A stretch of 64,000 bases of DNA from an uncultured Acidobacteriota bacterium. GTDB taxonomy: Bacteria; Acidobacteriota; Vicinamibacteria; Vicinamibacterales; 2-12-FULL-66-21. Location: positions 3,923 to 67,922 of the forward strand of contig CAVXUR010000008.1 in NCBI GenBank assembly GCA_963764925.1, read 5' to 3'. Shown here piece by piece: positions 43,142 to 56,690 of the stretch; positions within the stretch are counted from its first letter, which is position 1; each line of letters begins with the position of its first letter. The notes beneath the pieces are model-generated. The model was not told the DNA's origin. It saw only the letters and a program-made list of their open reading frames with translations, and searched no databases. A program made the translations under genes and the position numbers.

Positions 43142-44449
43142 ATGAAAACAGAGTTCATTGACGTCTCCGATACCCGCAAGAACCTCGTCGTCGAAATCCC
43201 GAGCACCGTGGTCGACGCAGAAATCGACAAGGTGGCGCGCGATTACAGCCGCGCCGCGAGGATTCCCGGGTTCCGGCCGGGCAAGGTCCCGCCAAAAGTC
43301 GTGCGCCAGCGGTTCCGCGACCAGATTCTGCACGACGTGGCACACGGACTGATTCCCCGCGCGGTGGACGAGGCGTTGCGCGAGCGCGGCGTCGAACCAG
43401 TGAACACTCCCGACATTCGCGACGTGGTCGTCGAGGAAGGTCAGCCGTTGAAGTTCACGGCAAGCTTCGAGACGGTGCCAGCCATCGATCCGGGTGACTA
43501 CTCCAGCCTGACGCTGCGTCGCAAGGAAGCCGTCGTCGACGAGGCGGCCGTCGATCAGGCGCTCGCGCGCCTCCAGGAACGGGCCGCCCGGTACGAGCCG
43601 GTCGAGGGCCGCGGCATTCTCCTCGGCGACTCGGTTGTCCTCGACCTCAAGCGCACCGCGGCGGCGGCAGAGGACACTGACACGGCGGCGGCTGGCGAAA
43701 CGCATACGGATCGCCACGAGAACGTGACGGTCGACATCGGCGCCACCGCCAATCCGCCTGGCTTCGACGAGGCGCTCACCGGCCTCGAGGCCGGGAGCTC
43801 GAAGACGTTCGACGTCCAGTACCCGGCCGACTACGCGGTCCGGGAGCTCGCCGGCACGACCGTCACCTACGACGTGACGGTCAAGGCGTTGCGCACGCGC
43901 GTCGTGCCGGCGCTCGACGACGAGATGGCGAAGGACCTCGGGGCGTTCGACTCGCTCGACGCGCTCCGCGAGCAGGTTCGGGCTGACCTCGAGCATGAAG
44001 CCAGGCACGATGTCGAGCGCGAGACTCGCGCCGACTTGCTGCGGCAGCTCGCCGCGCGCGTCACGTTCGACGTGCCGAGCTCGCTCGTCGATCGCGAGAT
44101 CGACCGCCGGGTCGAAGAGTTCGTGCGCCGGCTCGTCGAACAGCAGATCGATCCGACCCGCGCCAACATCAATTGGGAAGAATTTCGCGAGCGGCAGCGC
44201 GAGGCGGCCGAAGAAGCGGTTCGCAGCGCGCTCGTGCTCGACGAAATCGCCAGGCGCGATGGACTCTCCGCGACCGAGGCCGAGCTCGAGGCCGAAATCG
44301 AGCGCTACGCCGAACGAGCCGGCCGCGCGCTCGAAGCGGTCCGGGCCCGGCTCGAGAAGGAGGGCGGGCTTTCCCGCCTCTATACAGGACTGCGTCGCGA
44401 AAAGACGATGGAGTTCCTGTTGTCAAAGGCGACGGTGCTCAACGCGTGA
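43142..44449 (+). CDS. tig: Trigger factor
   Basis: IPGFRPGKVP motif; upstream of clpP. Confidence 0.97.
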   Translation: MKTEFIDVSDTRKNLVVEIPSTVVDAEIDKVARDYSRAARIPGFRPGKVPPKVVRQRFRDQILHDVAHGLIPRAVDEALRERGVEPVNTPDIRDVVVEEGQPLKFTASFETVPAIDPGDYSSLTLRRKEAVVDEAAVDQALARLQERAARYEPVEGRGILLGDSVVLDLKRTAAAAEDTDTAAAGETHTDRHENVTVDIGATANPPGFDEALTGLEAGSSKTFDVQYPADYAVRELAGTTVTYDVTVKALRTRVVPALDDEMAKDLGAFDSLDALREQVRADLEHEARHDVERETRADLLRQLAARVTFDVPSSLVDREIDRRVEEFVRRLVEQQIDPTRANINWEEFRERQREAAEEAVRSALVLDEIARRDGLSATEAELEAEIERYAERAGRALEAVRARLEKEGGLSRLYTGLRREKTMEFLLSKATVLNA

Positions 44450-44681
44450 GCGAACGCTCGCAAGAGCGTGCAGATCAGCTGGCGATGTGCTCGAATTCGC
44501 TGGAGATCCTCGAGAATTGGCTAGAGACTCTCTTGTATTGTCTAGAGAAATGAAACCGATCGCCCGATATAGTAGTTCGGGCCAGGGCATGGTAGAATCG
44601 ATCCGAAGCACAAGCACGAAACCTGCCTGGCCGAGCACGACTTCCCCAGCACAATCCGCACTCTTGGTGGTCTACTTCTAA

Positions 44682-45281
44682 ATGGCCGAACGCATGCAAC
44701 TGATTCCGATGGTGGTCGAACAGACCAACCGCGGCGAACGCGCCTACGACATTTTTTCGCGACTGCTCAAGGACAGCATCATTTTCATCGGCACACCGAT
44801 CGACGACGGCGTCGCGAATCTGGTGATCGCCCAGATGCTGTTTCTCGAGGCCGAGGACCCCGACCGCGACATCATCCTCTATATCAACAGCCCCGGTGGC
44901 GTCGTTACGGCCGGGATGGCCATTTACGACACGATGCAGTTCGTCAAGCCGGACGTAGCGACGACCTGCATCGGCCAGGCGGCGTCAGTGGCGGCGGTCC
45001 TGCTGGCAGCGGGCGCGAAGGGAAAGCGGTACTCGCTCCCCAACTCCCGTATTCTGATCCATCAGCCTTGGGTCCAGGGCCTTGGCGGGCAAACGACCGA
45101 TATCGATATCCATGCCCGGGAACTGCTCCGCACGCGCGAGCGGCTCAACCAGATCCTGGCCGACCATACCGGACAGTCCCTGAAGCGCATCCAGGATGAC
45201 ACGGAGCGGGATTACATCATGGACCCCGACCAGGGGAAGGAATACGGTATTATTGATGATGTCATCCGGAAGAGGGCCTGA
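44682..45281 (+). CDS. clpP: Clp protease proteolytic subunit
   Basis: [28 protein letters not shown]. Confidence 0.98.
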   Translation: MAERMQLIPMVVEQTNRGERAYDIFSRLLKDSIIFIGTPIDDGVANLVIAQMLFLEAEDPDRDIILYINSPGGVVTAGMAIYDTMQFVKPDVATTCIGQAASVAAVLLAAGAKGKRYSLPNSRILIHQPWVQGLGGQTTDIDIHARELLRTRERLNQILADHTGQSLKRIQDDTERDYIMDPDQGKEYGIIDDVIRKRA

Positions 45282-45345
45282 CGGGCCCGGATGGCGGCTT
45301 GGCGCTGAGAGCTGGCGGCTGACAGCTGAGAGCTAAACCCAACCC

Positions 45346-46596
<1,251 letters not shown>

Positions 46597-46599
46597 TAA

Positions 46600-46742
46600 T
46601 TCTGAATGCTGAATGCTGAGTGCTGAAGTAAAGTCAGAATTGTGAACTTCGAACGAAAGGTCGAAGTTGGCAATTGTGAAGAGGCCTCGCCATTCAGTTC
46701 TTCAGCATTCACTTCAGCATTCAGCACTCAGCATTCAGAATT
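46600..46742. repeat. Inverted heptamer array (TGCTGAA)n..(TTCAGCA)n
   Basis: Complementary arms able to form a long hairpin between clpX and lon. Confidence 0.85.
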
Positions 46743-46748
46743 TCTTCC

Positions 46749-49139
<2,391 letters not shown>

Positions 49140-49143
49140 TGGC

Positions 49144-49242
49144 CGGCTCAGGTCTCAAGGCTCAAGGCTCAGGCGCGAGCGTGAGAGCCACCCGTGGTCC
49201 AGGGGTCAGAAAGCTTGAGCCCTGAGCCATGAGCCCTGAGCC
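49144..49242. repeat. Inverted heptamer array (GGCTCAn)n..(TGAGCCn)n
   Basis: Between lon and engB. Confidence 0.8.
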
Positions 49243-49245
49243 TTC

Positions 49246-49905
49246 GTGAAAGTTCTCAACGCCGATTTCGTTACCAGTGCGGCCAGAGCGGACGGGATTC
49301 CGCGGGACGAGGTCGCGCGCGTAGCGCTCGCGGGCCGTTCCAACGTCGGTAAGTCGAGCCTGATCAACGCGCTGTGCCGGGAGAAGATCGCCCGGACGAG
49401 CGCCGCGCCGGGCAAGACCCGCCTGGTGAACTTCTATCGCATCACGATGGAGGGCGGGCCGGGTGGACCAGGACGGTGGCCGGTCTATCTCGTGGATCTG
49501 CCAGGCTATGGATACGCGCGCGGCGGCGAGGACTCGGCACGGGAACTGGCTGAGATCGCGGAAAGCTACTTCAGCGAGCGCCCGCGGTCCGAGCGAGGCG
49601 CGAGGTCGCCGGGCGTTGAAAACAGCCCGCAGAGGGAGCCGCGCACCGCGCTGCTGCTCATCGACTCCAGGCATCCCGGCCTGCGCGCCGATCTCGACGC
49701 CGCCGCGTGGTTGAACCGCCTGGGCGTCACGTATCACGTCGTCGCGACGAAAATCGACAAGCTGGCGCGCAGCGAGCGCGCGAAGAACCTGAAGACACTC
49801 GAAACAACGTTTGCAACAGCCGTCGTGCCGGTTTCGGCAACGAGCGGCGAAGGATTGGATGAATTGTGGAGAACGATAGCAAGACTCGCCAGGAGCGCAG
49901 AGTGA
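49246..49905 (+). CDS. engB: GTP-binding protein EngB/YihA
   Basis: [25 protein letters not shown]. Confidence 0.95.
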   Translation: MKVLNADFVTSAARADGIPRDEVARVALAGRSNVGKSSLINALCREKIARTSAAPGKTRLVNFYRITMEGGPGGPGRWPVYLVDLPGYGYARGGEDSARELAEIAESYFSERPRSERGARSPGVENSPQREPRTALLLIDSRHPGLRADLDAAAWLNRLGVTYHVVATKIDKLARSERAKNLKTLETTFATAVVPVSATSGEGLDELWRTIARLARSAE

Positions 49906-51245
49906 CGGAAACTGCCAGCGAACCCCGGACCCCGGCCGCCACGGCGCCAGAGCCGAAGGCCGCCGCGACAGCGACCGCCGAAGCGCCGGTCGTCGAACTC
50001 GGCACGCTGAAGGACATGGGCGTCACCGAGCTGACCAAGATTGCCAAGCAGCTCGACGTGCCCGGCGCCGGCGGCATGCGCAAGCAGGAACTGATCTTCG
50101 AAATCCTGCGCTCGCGCGCCGAGAAGAGCGGCCTGCTCTTCTCCGAAGGTGTGCTCGAGACCCTGCCCGACGGATTCGGCTTCCTGCGCGCCCCCGACTA
50201 CAACTATCTGCCCGGCCCCGACGACATCTACGTCTCCCCGTCGCAGATACGCAAGTTCGATCTGCATACCGGCGACACGGTCTCCGGGCAGATTCGGCCG
50301 CCGAAGGACGGCGAGCGATATTTCGCGCTGATCAAGGTCGAAGCGATCAACTTCGAGCCGCCCGACCGGGTCCGCGAAAAAATCTTCTTCGAGAACCTGA
50401 CACCGCTCTACCCGCAGGAACGCATCCGTCTCGAGGCGGCGTCGGACAATCTCTCGGCGCGGGTGATGGACCTGATGGTGCCGATCGGCAAAGGCCAGCG
50501 CGGCTTGATTGTCGCGCCGCCGCGAACCGGCAAAACCATGCTGCTGCAGAACATCGCCAACAGCATCACGACCAACCACCCCGAGGTCTATCTCATCGTG
50601 CTGCTCATCGACGAGCGGCCCGAAGAGGTGACCGACATGCAGCGGTCGGTGAAGGGGGAGGTCATCTCCTCGACCTTCGACGAGCCGGCGACCCGGCACG
50701 TGCAGGTCGCCGAGATGGTCATCGAGAAGGCCAAGCGCCTCGTCGAACACAAGAAGGACGTCGTCATCCTCCTCGATTCGGTCACGCGACTCGCGCGCGC
50801 CTACAACACGATCGTGCCGGCATCGGGTAAGGTGCTCTCGGGCGGCGTGGACAGTAATGCTTTGCAGCGCCCGAAGCGGTTCTTCGGCGCGGCGCGTAAC
50901 ATCGAATCCGGCGGCTCGCTCACGATCATCGCCACCGCGCTCATCGACACGGGATCGCGGATGGACGAAGTCATCTTCGAGGAGTTCAAGGGCACAGGTA
51001 ACCTGGAGATCCACCTCGATCGCAAGCTCACCGATCGCCGTGTTTTCCCCTCCATCGACATTCAGAAGAGCGGCACGCGGAAGGAAGAGCTGCTCATCCC
51101 GAAGGAAGACCTCAATCGGGTGTGGGTCCTTCGCAAGGTGCTGACGCCGCTTTCGCCGACCGAGGCGATGGAACTGCTCCTGTCGAAGATGGCCAAGACC
51201 AAGTCGAACGCCGAATTCCTCGGGGCGATGGCCAACGGCAAGTAA
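49902..51245 (+). CDS. rho: Transcription termination factor Rho
   Basis: GTGA overlap and AGGAG RBS; [28 protein letters not shown]. Confidence 0.98.
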   Translation: MTETASEPRTPAATAPEPKAAATATAEAPVVELGTLKDMGVTELTKIAKQLDVPGAGGMRKQELIFEILRSRAEKSGLLFSEGVLETLPDGFGFLRAPDYNYLPGPDDIYVSPSQIRKFDLHTGDTVSGQIRPPKDGERYFALIKVEAINFEPPDRVREKIFFENLTPLYPQERIRLEAASDNLSARVMDLMVPIGKGQRGLIVAPPRTGKTMLLQNIANSITTNHPEVYLIVLLIDERPEEVTDMQRSVKGEVISSTFDEPATRHVQVAEMVIEKAKRLVEHKKDVVILLDSVTRLARAYNTIVPASGKVLSGGVDSNALQRPKRFFGAARNIESGGSLTIIATALIDTGSRMDEVIFEEFKGTGNLEIHLDRKLTDRRVFPSIDIQKSGTRKEELLIPKEDLNRVWVLRKVLTPLSPTEAMELLLSKMAKTKSNAEFLGAMANGK

Positions 51246-51256
51246 ACCCGCCGCGG

Positions 51257-52669
51257 TCAGGGGCGGGGGATCTCGACCTGGGTGACCAACCGGTCGCCCG
51301 GCTGGATTTTTCCCGACGTCACCTCCGTCCAGCGTTCGTCCGCCACGCCGGTCACCACGGCGATCGCCACGAACTTCCCTGCCTCGTACTTCCAGACGTA
51401 GCCGCGGCCGGCGTCATCGGGCGCGCGATCCGGTTCTGGCACGTCGCGTGGCGACTGCCCGCTCGCTTTCAGCACATCGGCATTGGGCCGGAACGTCAGC
51501 GCGGCGTTGGGCACGCGCAGCACATCGGCACGGCGGCCGGTCGGCAGAATGACGATGGCGGTACTGCCCGGCACGATCTCTCCGTCTGAGTTGTCGACGT
51601 CGACGACGGCCGTGTAAGAAACGACGGCCCCCGCCGGCACGGTAACATTAGTGTTCGCCGCCGCTCCAGGCTGCGTTCCTGTTCCCGCTCCAGGCTGCGC
51701 CGCCGTCACCGCTCCAGGCTGCGTCGCCGTCGCCGTGCCGGCCGATCCCGTTGAAGTGTTGCCTTGTGAGGCGGTGCCGCTCGTCGCGGCCGTTCCTCGG
51801 CCGGCTGCCGTCGTGCCGGACGTCGCGGTTGCGCCCGCAGTGCCCGTCGCACCGCTGCTGCTGCTCGCCTGCGTGACCACCGGACTCAACCGGACTTCAG
51901 AGATGGCGGCCCTGAACTCGCGCGGCCCGATCGATTCGATCTTGAACGTCACCGGCGCGCCGCGTCGTACTTCGCCAGCCTCGGACTCTCCTACTTCCGC
52001 GAGTAACTGCATCTTCCGCAGATCGGCGATCCGGAACAACACCGGCGAGTTGAAGGACGCGGCAATCGTCTGTCCGATCTCGACGTTGCGGCTGACGACA
52101 ATGCCGTCGATTGGCGCTCGAATCGTCGTGCGCGAGCGGTTGACCTCGGCTTCGGCGACACCGGCCTTCGCTGCGCGGGTCGCCGCGACAGCGGCTTTGA
52201 GCTCCGCCTCCACCTGGCGCACGGCGAACTGCGCTGCGTCGAGCTGCGCCTGTGTAACCAGCCCCTGCGTTCCGAGCTCGACCGCCCGGCCAGCCTTCGT
52301 CCGGAGGTCTTCGAGTTCGACGCGGCGGCGCTCGGATTCGGCCTCGGATCGAATCAATTCCGCACGCGCCTCCGCGAGCCGTGTGTCGTACGGCGCTGGA
52401 TCGATCTGCGCGACGATCTGTCCGGTCTTGACGTGATCGTTGAAATCGGCACTCAACGACTGGATTGTGCCGGAAACCTGTGAGCCGACATTCACGGCGG
52501 CTTTCGGCTCCAGCACACCGCTCGAGAGCACTTCCCGCGAGATCGGCCCGCGCGTCACGTCGGTGACAGAGACGCTCAGCAGCGGGCGCCGCGTCGCGTA
52601 GCCGCCGATGACGGCGATTGTCAGCGTGCCGACGAGTGCCAGCCCGACCACCAAGGTTCGGCGGCTCAT
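51257..52669 (-). CDS. Efflux periplasmic adaptor (HlyD/MacA-like)
   Basis: VGSQVSGTI, IRAPIDGIV, VPNAAL; low-complexity insert. Confidence 0.9.
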   Translation of the reverse strand: MSRRTLVVGLALVGTLTIAVIGGYATRRPLLSVSVTDVTRGPISREVLSSGVLEPKAAVNVGSQVSGTIQSLSADFNDHVKTGQIVAQIDPAPYDTRLAEARAELIRSEAESERRRVELEDLRTKAGRAVELGTQGLVTQAQLDAAQFAVRQVEAELKAAVAATRAAKAGVAEAEVNRSRTTIRAPIDGIVVSRNVEIGQTIAASFNSPVLFRIADLRKMQLLAEVGESEAGEVRRGAPVTFKIESIGPREFRAAISEVRLSPVVTQASSSSGATGTAGATATSGTTAAGRGTAATSGTASQGNTSTGSAGTATATQPGAVTAAQPGAGTGTQPGAAANTNVTVPAGAVVSYTAVVDVDNSDGEIVPGSTAIVILPTGRRADVLRVPNAALTFRPNADVLKASGQSPRDVPEPDRAPDDAGRGYVWKYEAGKFVAIAVVTGVADERWTEVTSGKIQPGDRLVTQVEIPRP

Positions 52670-52925
52670 GCTGGATGGCGATTCACGATGGGTGCCAAGA
52701 TGATCCGCTACGCCGGAAAAGTCGCACGCCAGGAGTTACGGGACAACGTGCACTGGATGCTCAAGAGCTCGCGCAGGGACAAGTATTTGAGGCGGGGATC
52801 CTTCAGAAGAACAGCGGTGCAAGGGCAATGGCCGCTGAAATTCAACCCTGTCGGTCGACGTAAAGGCGCAGAAGCTCATCCATCTGGCACTTGACGGCAC
52901 TGCCGGGAACGCAATCTGATAGTGC

Positions 52926-53690
52926 ATGCGCTGCGCAGCTTTCGGTGTCGTTTGTCTTGCGATGGTGGCGCTGGGGGGCAGTCGTCCAGAGGGCCAGGCC
53001 GCCCCAGCCCGTCAACCAGCCACCGCCCGGGTGACCATCACTGTGCTCGTCACCAGCATGGATGGGCAGCCGCTTCCGGAGGTCGGGGTCAGGGCATCCG
53101 GCCCTGTCAACCGCGAAGGAGCGACGGATCCGAGCGGCACGGTGACGTTCTCGAACGTTACGGCAGGCGTCTATCGGCTGCGATTCGAGCACGACAGCTT
53201 CGTGACCCTCGAGCGCGATGTCGTCGTCGTGCCTGGGAAGCCACTGAAGTCCACGGTCGCGTTGAATACGGCTCCACCGCCGCCGCCCCCACCGAAGGTC
53301 GAGACGCCACCCCCGGCCCAGGCGCCAACGGCCGCTCCGAACGGTTCGTATCCGCCGATGTCGGTGGATATCACGGATTTCTTCGAGAAGAACTTCATCG
53401 GCAACGCGCCGATCAAGCGCTCGCCGCTCGGCTGTACGAACAGCTCGACGTCGTCTCTGGTGCAGATCCGTGACCCGTTGGCGGATCATGCTCATGCGGA
53501 CGCCGACGAGTTGATTTACGTCGTCGCCGGAGAAGGCACCCACAAAGTCGCAGGTCAGGAACGACAACTGGCGAGTGGCGTCTTTGTGATCGTGCCCCGC
53601 GGCAACTCGCACAGCATCGTCCGGCGCGGCCGTCAGCCGCTCGTGATGATTTCAACGCTGAGCGGACCACCGTGTCAGAAAGAACAATAA
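52926..53690 (+). CDS. Secreted carboxypeptidase-regulatory-like plus cupin protein
   Basis: TDPSGTVTF..GVYRL; poly-Pro linker; HAHADADE..PRGNSH. Confidence 0.8.
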   Translation: MRCAAFGVVCLAMVALGGSRPEGQAAPARQPATARVTITVLVTSMDGQPLPEVGVRASGPVNREGATDPSGTVTFSNVTAGVYRLRFEHDSFVTLERDVVVVPGKPLKSTVALNTAPPPPPPPKVETPPPAQAPTAAPNGSYPPMSVDITDFFEKNFIGNAPIKRSPLGCTNSSTSSLVQIRDPLADHAHADADELIYVVAGEGTHKVAGQERQLASGVFVIVPRGNSHSIVRRGRQPLVMISTLSGPPCQKEQ

Positions 53691-53695
53691 CTTCC

Positions 53696-53823
53696 GGTTC
53701 AGGGTTCAAGGTTCAAGGTTCATGGTTCAGGGCTCAGGGCTCAGAGCAGAACCGTGAATCATGAACGCTGAACCATGAACCTTGAACCCTGAACCCTGAA
53801 CCCTGAACCCTGAACCCTGAACC
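53696..53823. repeat. Inverted heptamer array (GGTTCAn)n..(TGAACCC)n
   Basis: Includes several perfect TGAACCC units. Confidence 0.9.
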
Positions 53824-53842
53824 AAGGAAGTATCATCCCCAG

Positions 53843-54808
53843 ATGCGCTATCGGACGTTTGGCAGGACGGGCTGGCAGGTCTCCGAAGTCGGCTACGGCA
53901 TGTGGGGGATGGCGGGGTGGACCGGCAGCGACGACGAGCAGTCGTTCGAGTCGCTCGACCGGGCGATCGAGCTCGGCTGCAACTTCTTCGACACCGCCTG
54001 GGCGTACGGCGATGGCCACAGCGAACGGTTGCTTGGCGCGACCCTCAAACGCCATCCCGGCAAGCGCCTCTACATCGCCACCAAAATACCGCCGAAGAAT
54101 CGGAAGTGGCCGGCGAAACCGTCGTACACGCTCGACGAGGTCTTCCCTCCCGACTACATCCGCGAGTACACCGAGAAGAGTCTTGCGAACATTGGCGTCT
54201 CGACGCTCGATCTGCAGCAGCTGCACGTGTGGACCGACGAATGGGCGACCGACGAGCGCTGGCAGCGCGCGCTGCGCGCGCTCAAAGACGAGGGTCTCGT
54301 GCGCTCGCTCGGGATCAGCGTGAACCGCTTTCAACCGGCGAACGTGCTGCGCGCGCTCGACACTGGGCTCATCGATGCGGTCCAGGTCGTTTACAACGTC
54401 TTCGACCAGAACCCCGAGGACGCACTGTTCCCGTACTGCCAGAAACACCAAATCGCCATCATCGCCCGGGTGCCGTTCGACGAAGGCAGTCTCACCGACT
54501 CCCTGGCGGCGGACTCGACGTGGCCCGCCGGCGACTTCCGGAATCTGTATTTCAACCCCGATAACCTGCAGGCGACGCTGCCGCGCGTGGCCCGGCTCCG
54601 CGAGGTCATCCCTTCGGGCATGACGATGCCTCAGTTGGCGTTACGGCACATCCTGACGCACCCCGCTGTCTCGACCGTGATTCCCGGAATGCGTCAGGTG
54701 AGGAACGTCGAGCAGAACCTCGGAGTCAGCGACGGACAGCCGCTGGCCGCACCGCTTATGGCCGAGCTCAGGAGGCATCGGTGGGAGCGCAACGTCGACT
54801 TTGAGTAG
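53843..54808 (+). CDS. Aldo/keto reductase
   Basis: FFDTAWAYG, IATK, DLQQLH, VIPG. Confidence 0.95.
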   Translation: MRYRTFGRTGWQVSEVGYGMWGMAGWTGSDDEQSFESLDRAIELGCNFFDTAWAYGDGHSERLLGATLKRHPGKRLYIATKIPPKNRKWPAKPSYTLDEVFPPDYIREYTEKSLANIGVSTLDLQQLHVWTDEWATDERWQRALRALKDEGLVRSLGISVNRFQPANVLRALDTGLIDAVQVVYNVFDQNPEDALFPYCQKHQIAIIARVPFDEGSLTDSLAADSTWPAGDFRNLYFNPDNLQATLPRVARLREVIPSGMTMPQLALRHILTHPAVSTVIPGMRQVRNVEQNLGVSDGQPLAAPLMAELRRHRWERNVDFE

Positions 54809-54818
54809 CAGTAAGTCA

Positions 54819-54877
54819 TTGACAAAAAACGGCTTATCAAAATACTAGCGACTGCCATGGGGCGGGTTTGGTATAAT
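54819..54877 (+). promoter_or_regulatory. rpmE promoter region
   Basis: TTGACA at 54819 and extended -10 TGgTATAAT at 54869-54877. Confidence 0.6.
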
Positions 54878-54909
54878 GTCTTTTTCCCGGAGCCCCGAAG
54901 GAGCCAGCA

Positions 54910-55170
54910 GTGAAGGAAGGGATTCACCCGAAGTATCACGAGGTCGTCGCCCGCTGCGCGTGCGGTGCGACTTGGAGCACCCGCTCGACCAAGCAGGAAC
55001 TCCACCTGGAGATCTGCAACAACTGCCACCCGTTCTTTACCGGACGGCAGAAGCTAATCGACACCGAAGGACGGGTCGAGCGCTTCACCAAGCGGTTCGG
55101 CGCCCAGACCTCCGAGAGCCGTAAAGCGGCCGCGAAGGCCAAGAAGCAGCCGGCGACCGCCAAGGCGTAG
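54910..55170 (+). CDS. rpmE: 50S ribosomal protein L31 (Zn-binding form)
   Basis: [31 protein letters not shown]. Confidence 0.97.
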   Translation: MKEGIHPKYHEVVARCACGATWSTRSTKQELHLEICNNCHPFFTGRQKLIDTEGRVERFTKRFGAQTSESRKAAAKAKKQPATAKA

Positions 55171-55183
55171 TTCGGTCCAACGC

Positions 55184-56689
55184 TCAGCTCCACAGGAGCT
55201 GGGCGTTTGCTTTTTCGAGCTTTCGCACTTCTTTTGCGAGCGTCCGCTCTTCCTTTTCGAGCTTCCGCACTTCTTCTCTCTCGAGCTTACGCTCTTCTTT
55301 TTCGAGCTTCCGCTCTAGGCGAGCCAGCCGGTGCCTGTAGCCTTCGGCGCGGCGGTCGTTTCTCCCCTCTTCAGTGCGTTCTTTCAGGGCGAACATCGCT
55401 AGGTCTCGCGCCGTCTCGAGGTCTCGATCGCGATGTTCGAGATGAATGGCGAGCGCCTCGACGGCGTACTGCCTGAGTGCGGCCACGGTCGGATGGCGAC
55501 GCGCCGATCGAGGCTCGGTCAGCGCGACGAGCTCCTGCCAGATCGCGACGGCTTCGGTGAACCGTCGTTCGCGCCGGCAGCGTAGCCCGAGCCGATAGAG
55601 GCTCTCGCTTCTCACCTCCAAGTTCTCGGTCGCTGCCGCTCGCGTCTCGGTCGCTGCCGCTCGCCGATAGCAGGCTTCGGCGCGGTCGAAGAGCCCGGCT
55701 CGCTCGTAGATGCGGCCGACGGCCAACGCCTGCGACCCATCCGGGCATCCGTCCGCACCCTCGGCGACCAGTCGCACCGCCCGGGCCGTGACTGCTGCCA
55801 GCGACACGAGATCCAGCCGGTTATGCTCGAGGACCGGCTCGAGCGGGCGCGGATCGCCGCTCCTCATGAAGTGGAAGAAGCGGGACGGGATCTCGAATCC
55901 TGGCACGTCGCCGACACGACGAACGTCGAACAGCGTCCGTTCGAGCGTCGACAACCGGCAGCCGCCCTCCATGGGATCGACGGCCCGTGGCTTCCATAAT
56001 CGGCGAGCCGTGTGCAACGCATCGAAATGCGGCACGCCCTCGAGCGGCATCTCCATGCGATGGAACAGCCAGCGCGTCTCCATCACCGGCAGATCGAACG
56101 TCTTTCCGTTGTAACTGACGATTAGATCGGCGTCGTCGAAGAACTCGGCCACGGCGGTGAGGAGCGCGCGCTCGGCCGAGTAGCTGGTCAGCAGGAACTG
56201 ACGAACCTGGAAGGCGCCAAGGTCAAAGAACCCGCAGCCGACCAGAAACGCGACCGTGCCCGCGCCGCCGCTCAGACCCGTCGTTTCGAGATCGACGAAC
56301 ACCGTGCGCCGCGCGCTGCGGGCGCCGGCCAGCTGCGGATCCAGCAGTCCCAGGCTGCCTGCATCACCAATCTCGCATTCCGCAATTCGCACATCGCCAT
56401 GCCAGCGATCGGATTCGTACCGGCGATCGATGATCAGGCACTCGCCAAAAGCGTTCCTGGCCGCGCGTCCACCGAGCACCTCACCGACACGGTCGATCGT
56501 CGTGCCTGCTTCGTAGCCACCGACGTCGGGCTCGTAGGTCAGCTCGCCGCCTTCGCCCCGACTCCGCCCTTCGGGCTCCGTCGAGGTCTCGCCGAAGCGC
56601 TCCGCGCGGAGGCGGACAAGGCTACGGCGAGCCAGGTCTGAGGTACGGCCCGGCTGAACGATCGCGCGAAGGCGTGATTTGAGGTCCAC
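55184..56689 (-). CDS. RNase H-like (YprB/MrfB-type) exonuclease with TPR tail
   Basis: VDLETTGL, SYNGKTFDLP, HFDAL, HNRLD; directly downstream of a DUF1998 helicase. Confidence 0.9.
   Translation of the reverse strand: MDLKSRLRAIVQPGRTSDLARRSLVRLRAERFGETSTEPEGRSRGEGGELTYEPDVGGYEAGTTIDRVGEVLGGRAARNAFGECLIIDRRYESDRWHGDVRIAECEIGDAGSLGLLDPQLAGARSARRTVFVDLETTGLSGGAGTVAFLVGCGFFDLGAFQVRQFLLTSYSAERALLTAVAEFFDDADLIVSYNGKTFDLPVMETRWLFHRMEMPLEGVPHFDALHTARRLWKPRAVDPMEGGCRLSTLERTLFDVRRVGDVPGFEIPSRFFHFMRSGDPRPLEPVLEHNRLDLVSLAAVTARAVRLVAEGADGCPDGSQALAVGRIYERAGLFDRAEACYRRAAATETRAAATENLEVRSESLYRLGLRCRRERRFTEAVAIWQELVALTEPRSARRHPTVAALRQYAVEALAIHLEHRDRDLETARDLAMFALKERTEEGRNDRRAEGYRHRLARLERKLEKEERKLEREEVRKLEKEERTLAKEVRKLEKANAQLLWS
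56545..56637. repeat. Palindromic element inserted in-frame in the exonuclease gene
   Basis: Shares CTCGCCGAAGCGC and GCTACGGCG with the intergenic element at 6591-6653. Confidence 0.7.
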
Positions 56690-56690
56690 G

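Noticed and set aside
53696-53823. CRISPR array (also other repeat tracts)
   Set aside because: 7-bp units without unique spacers; no cas genes
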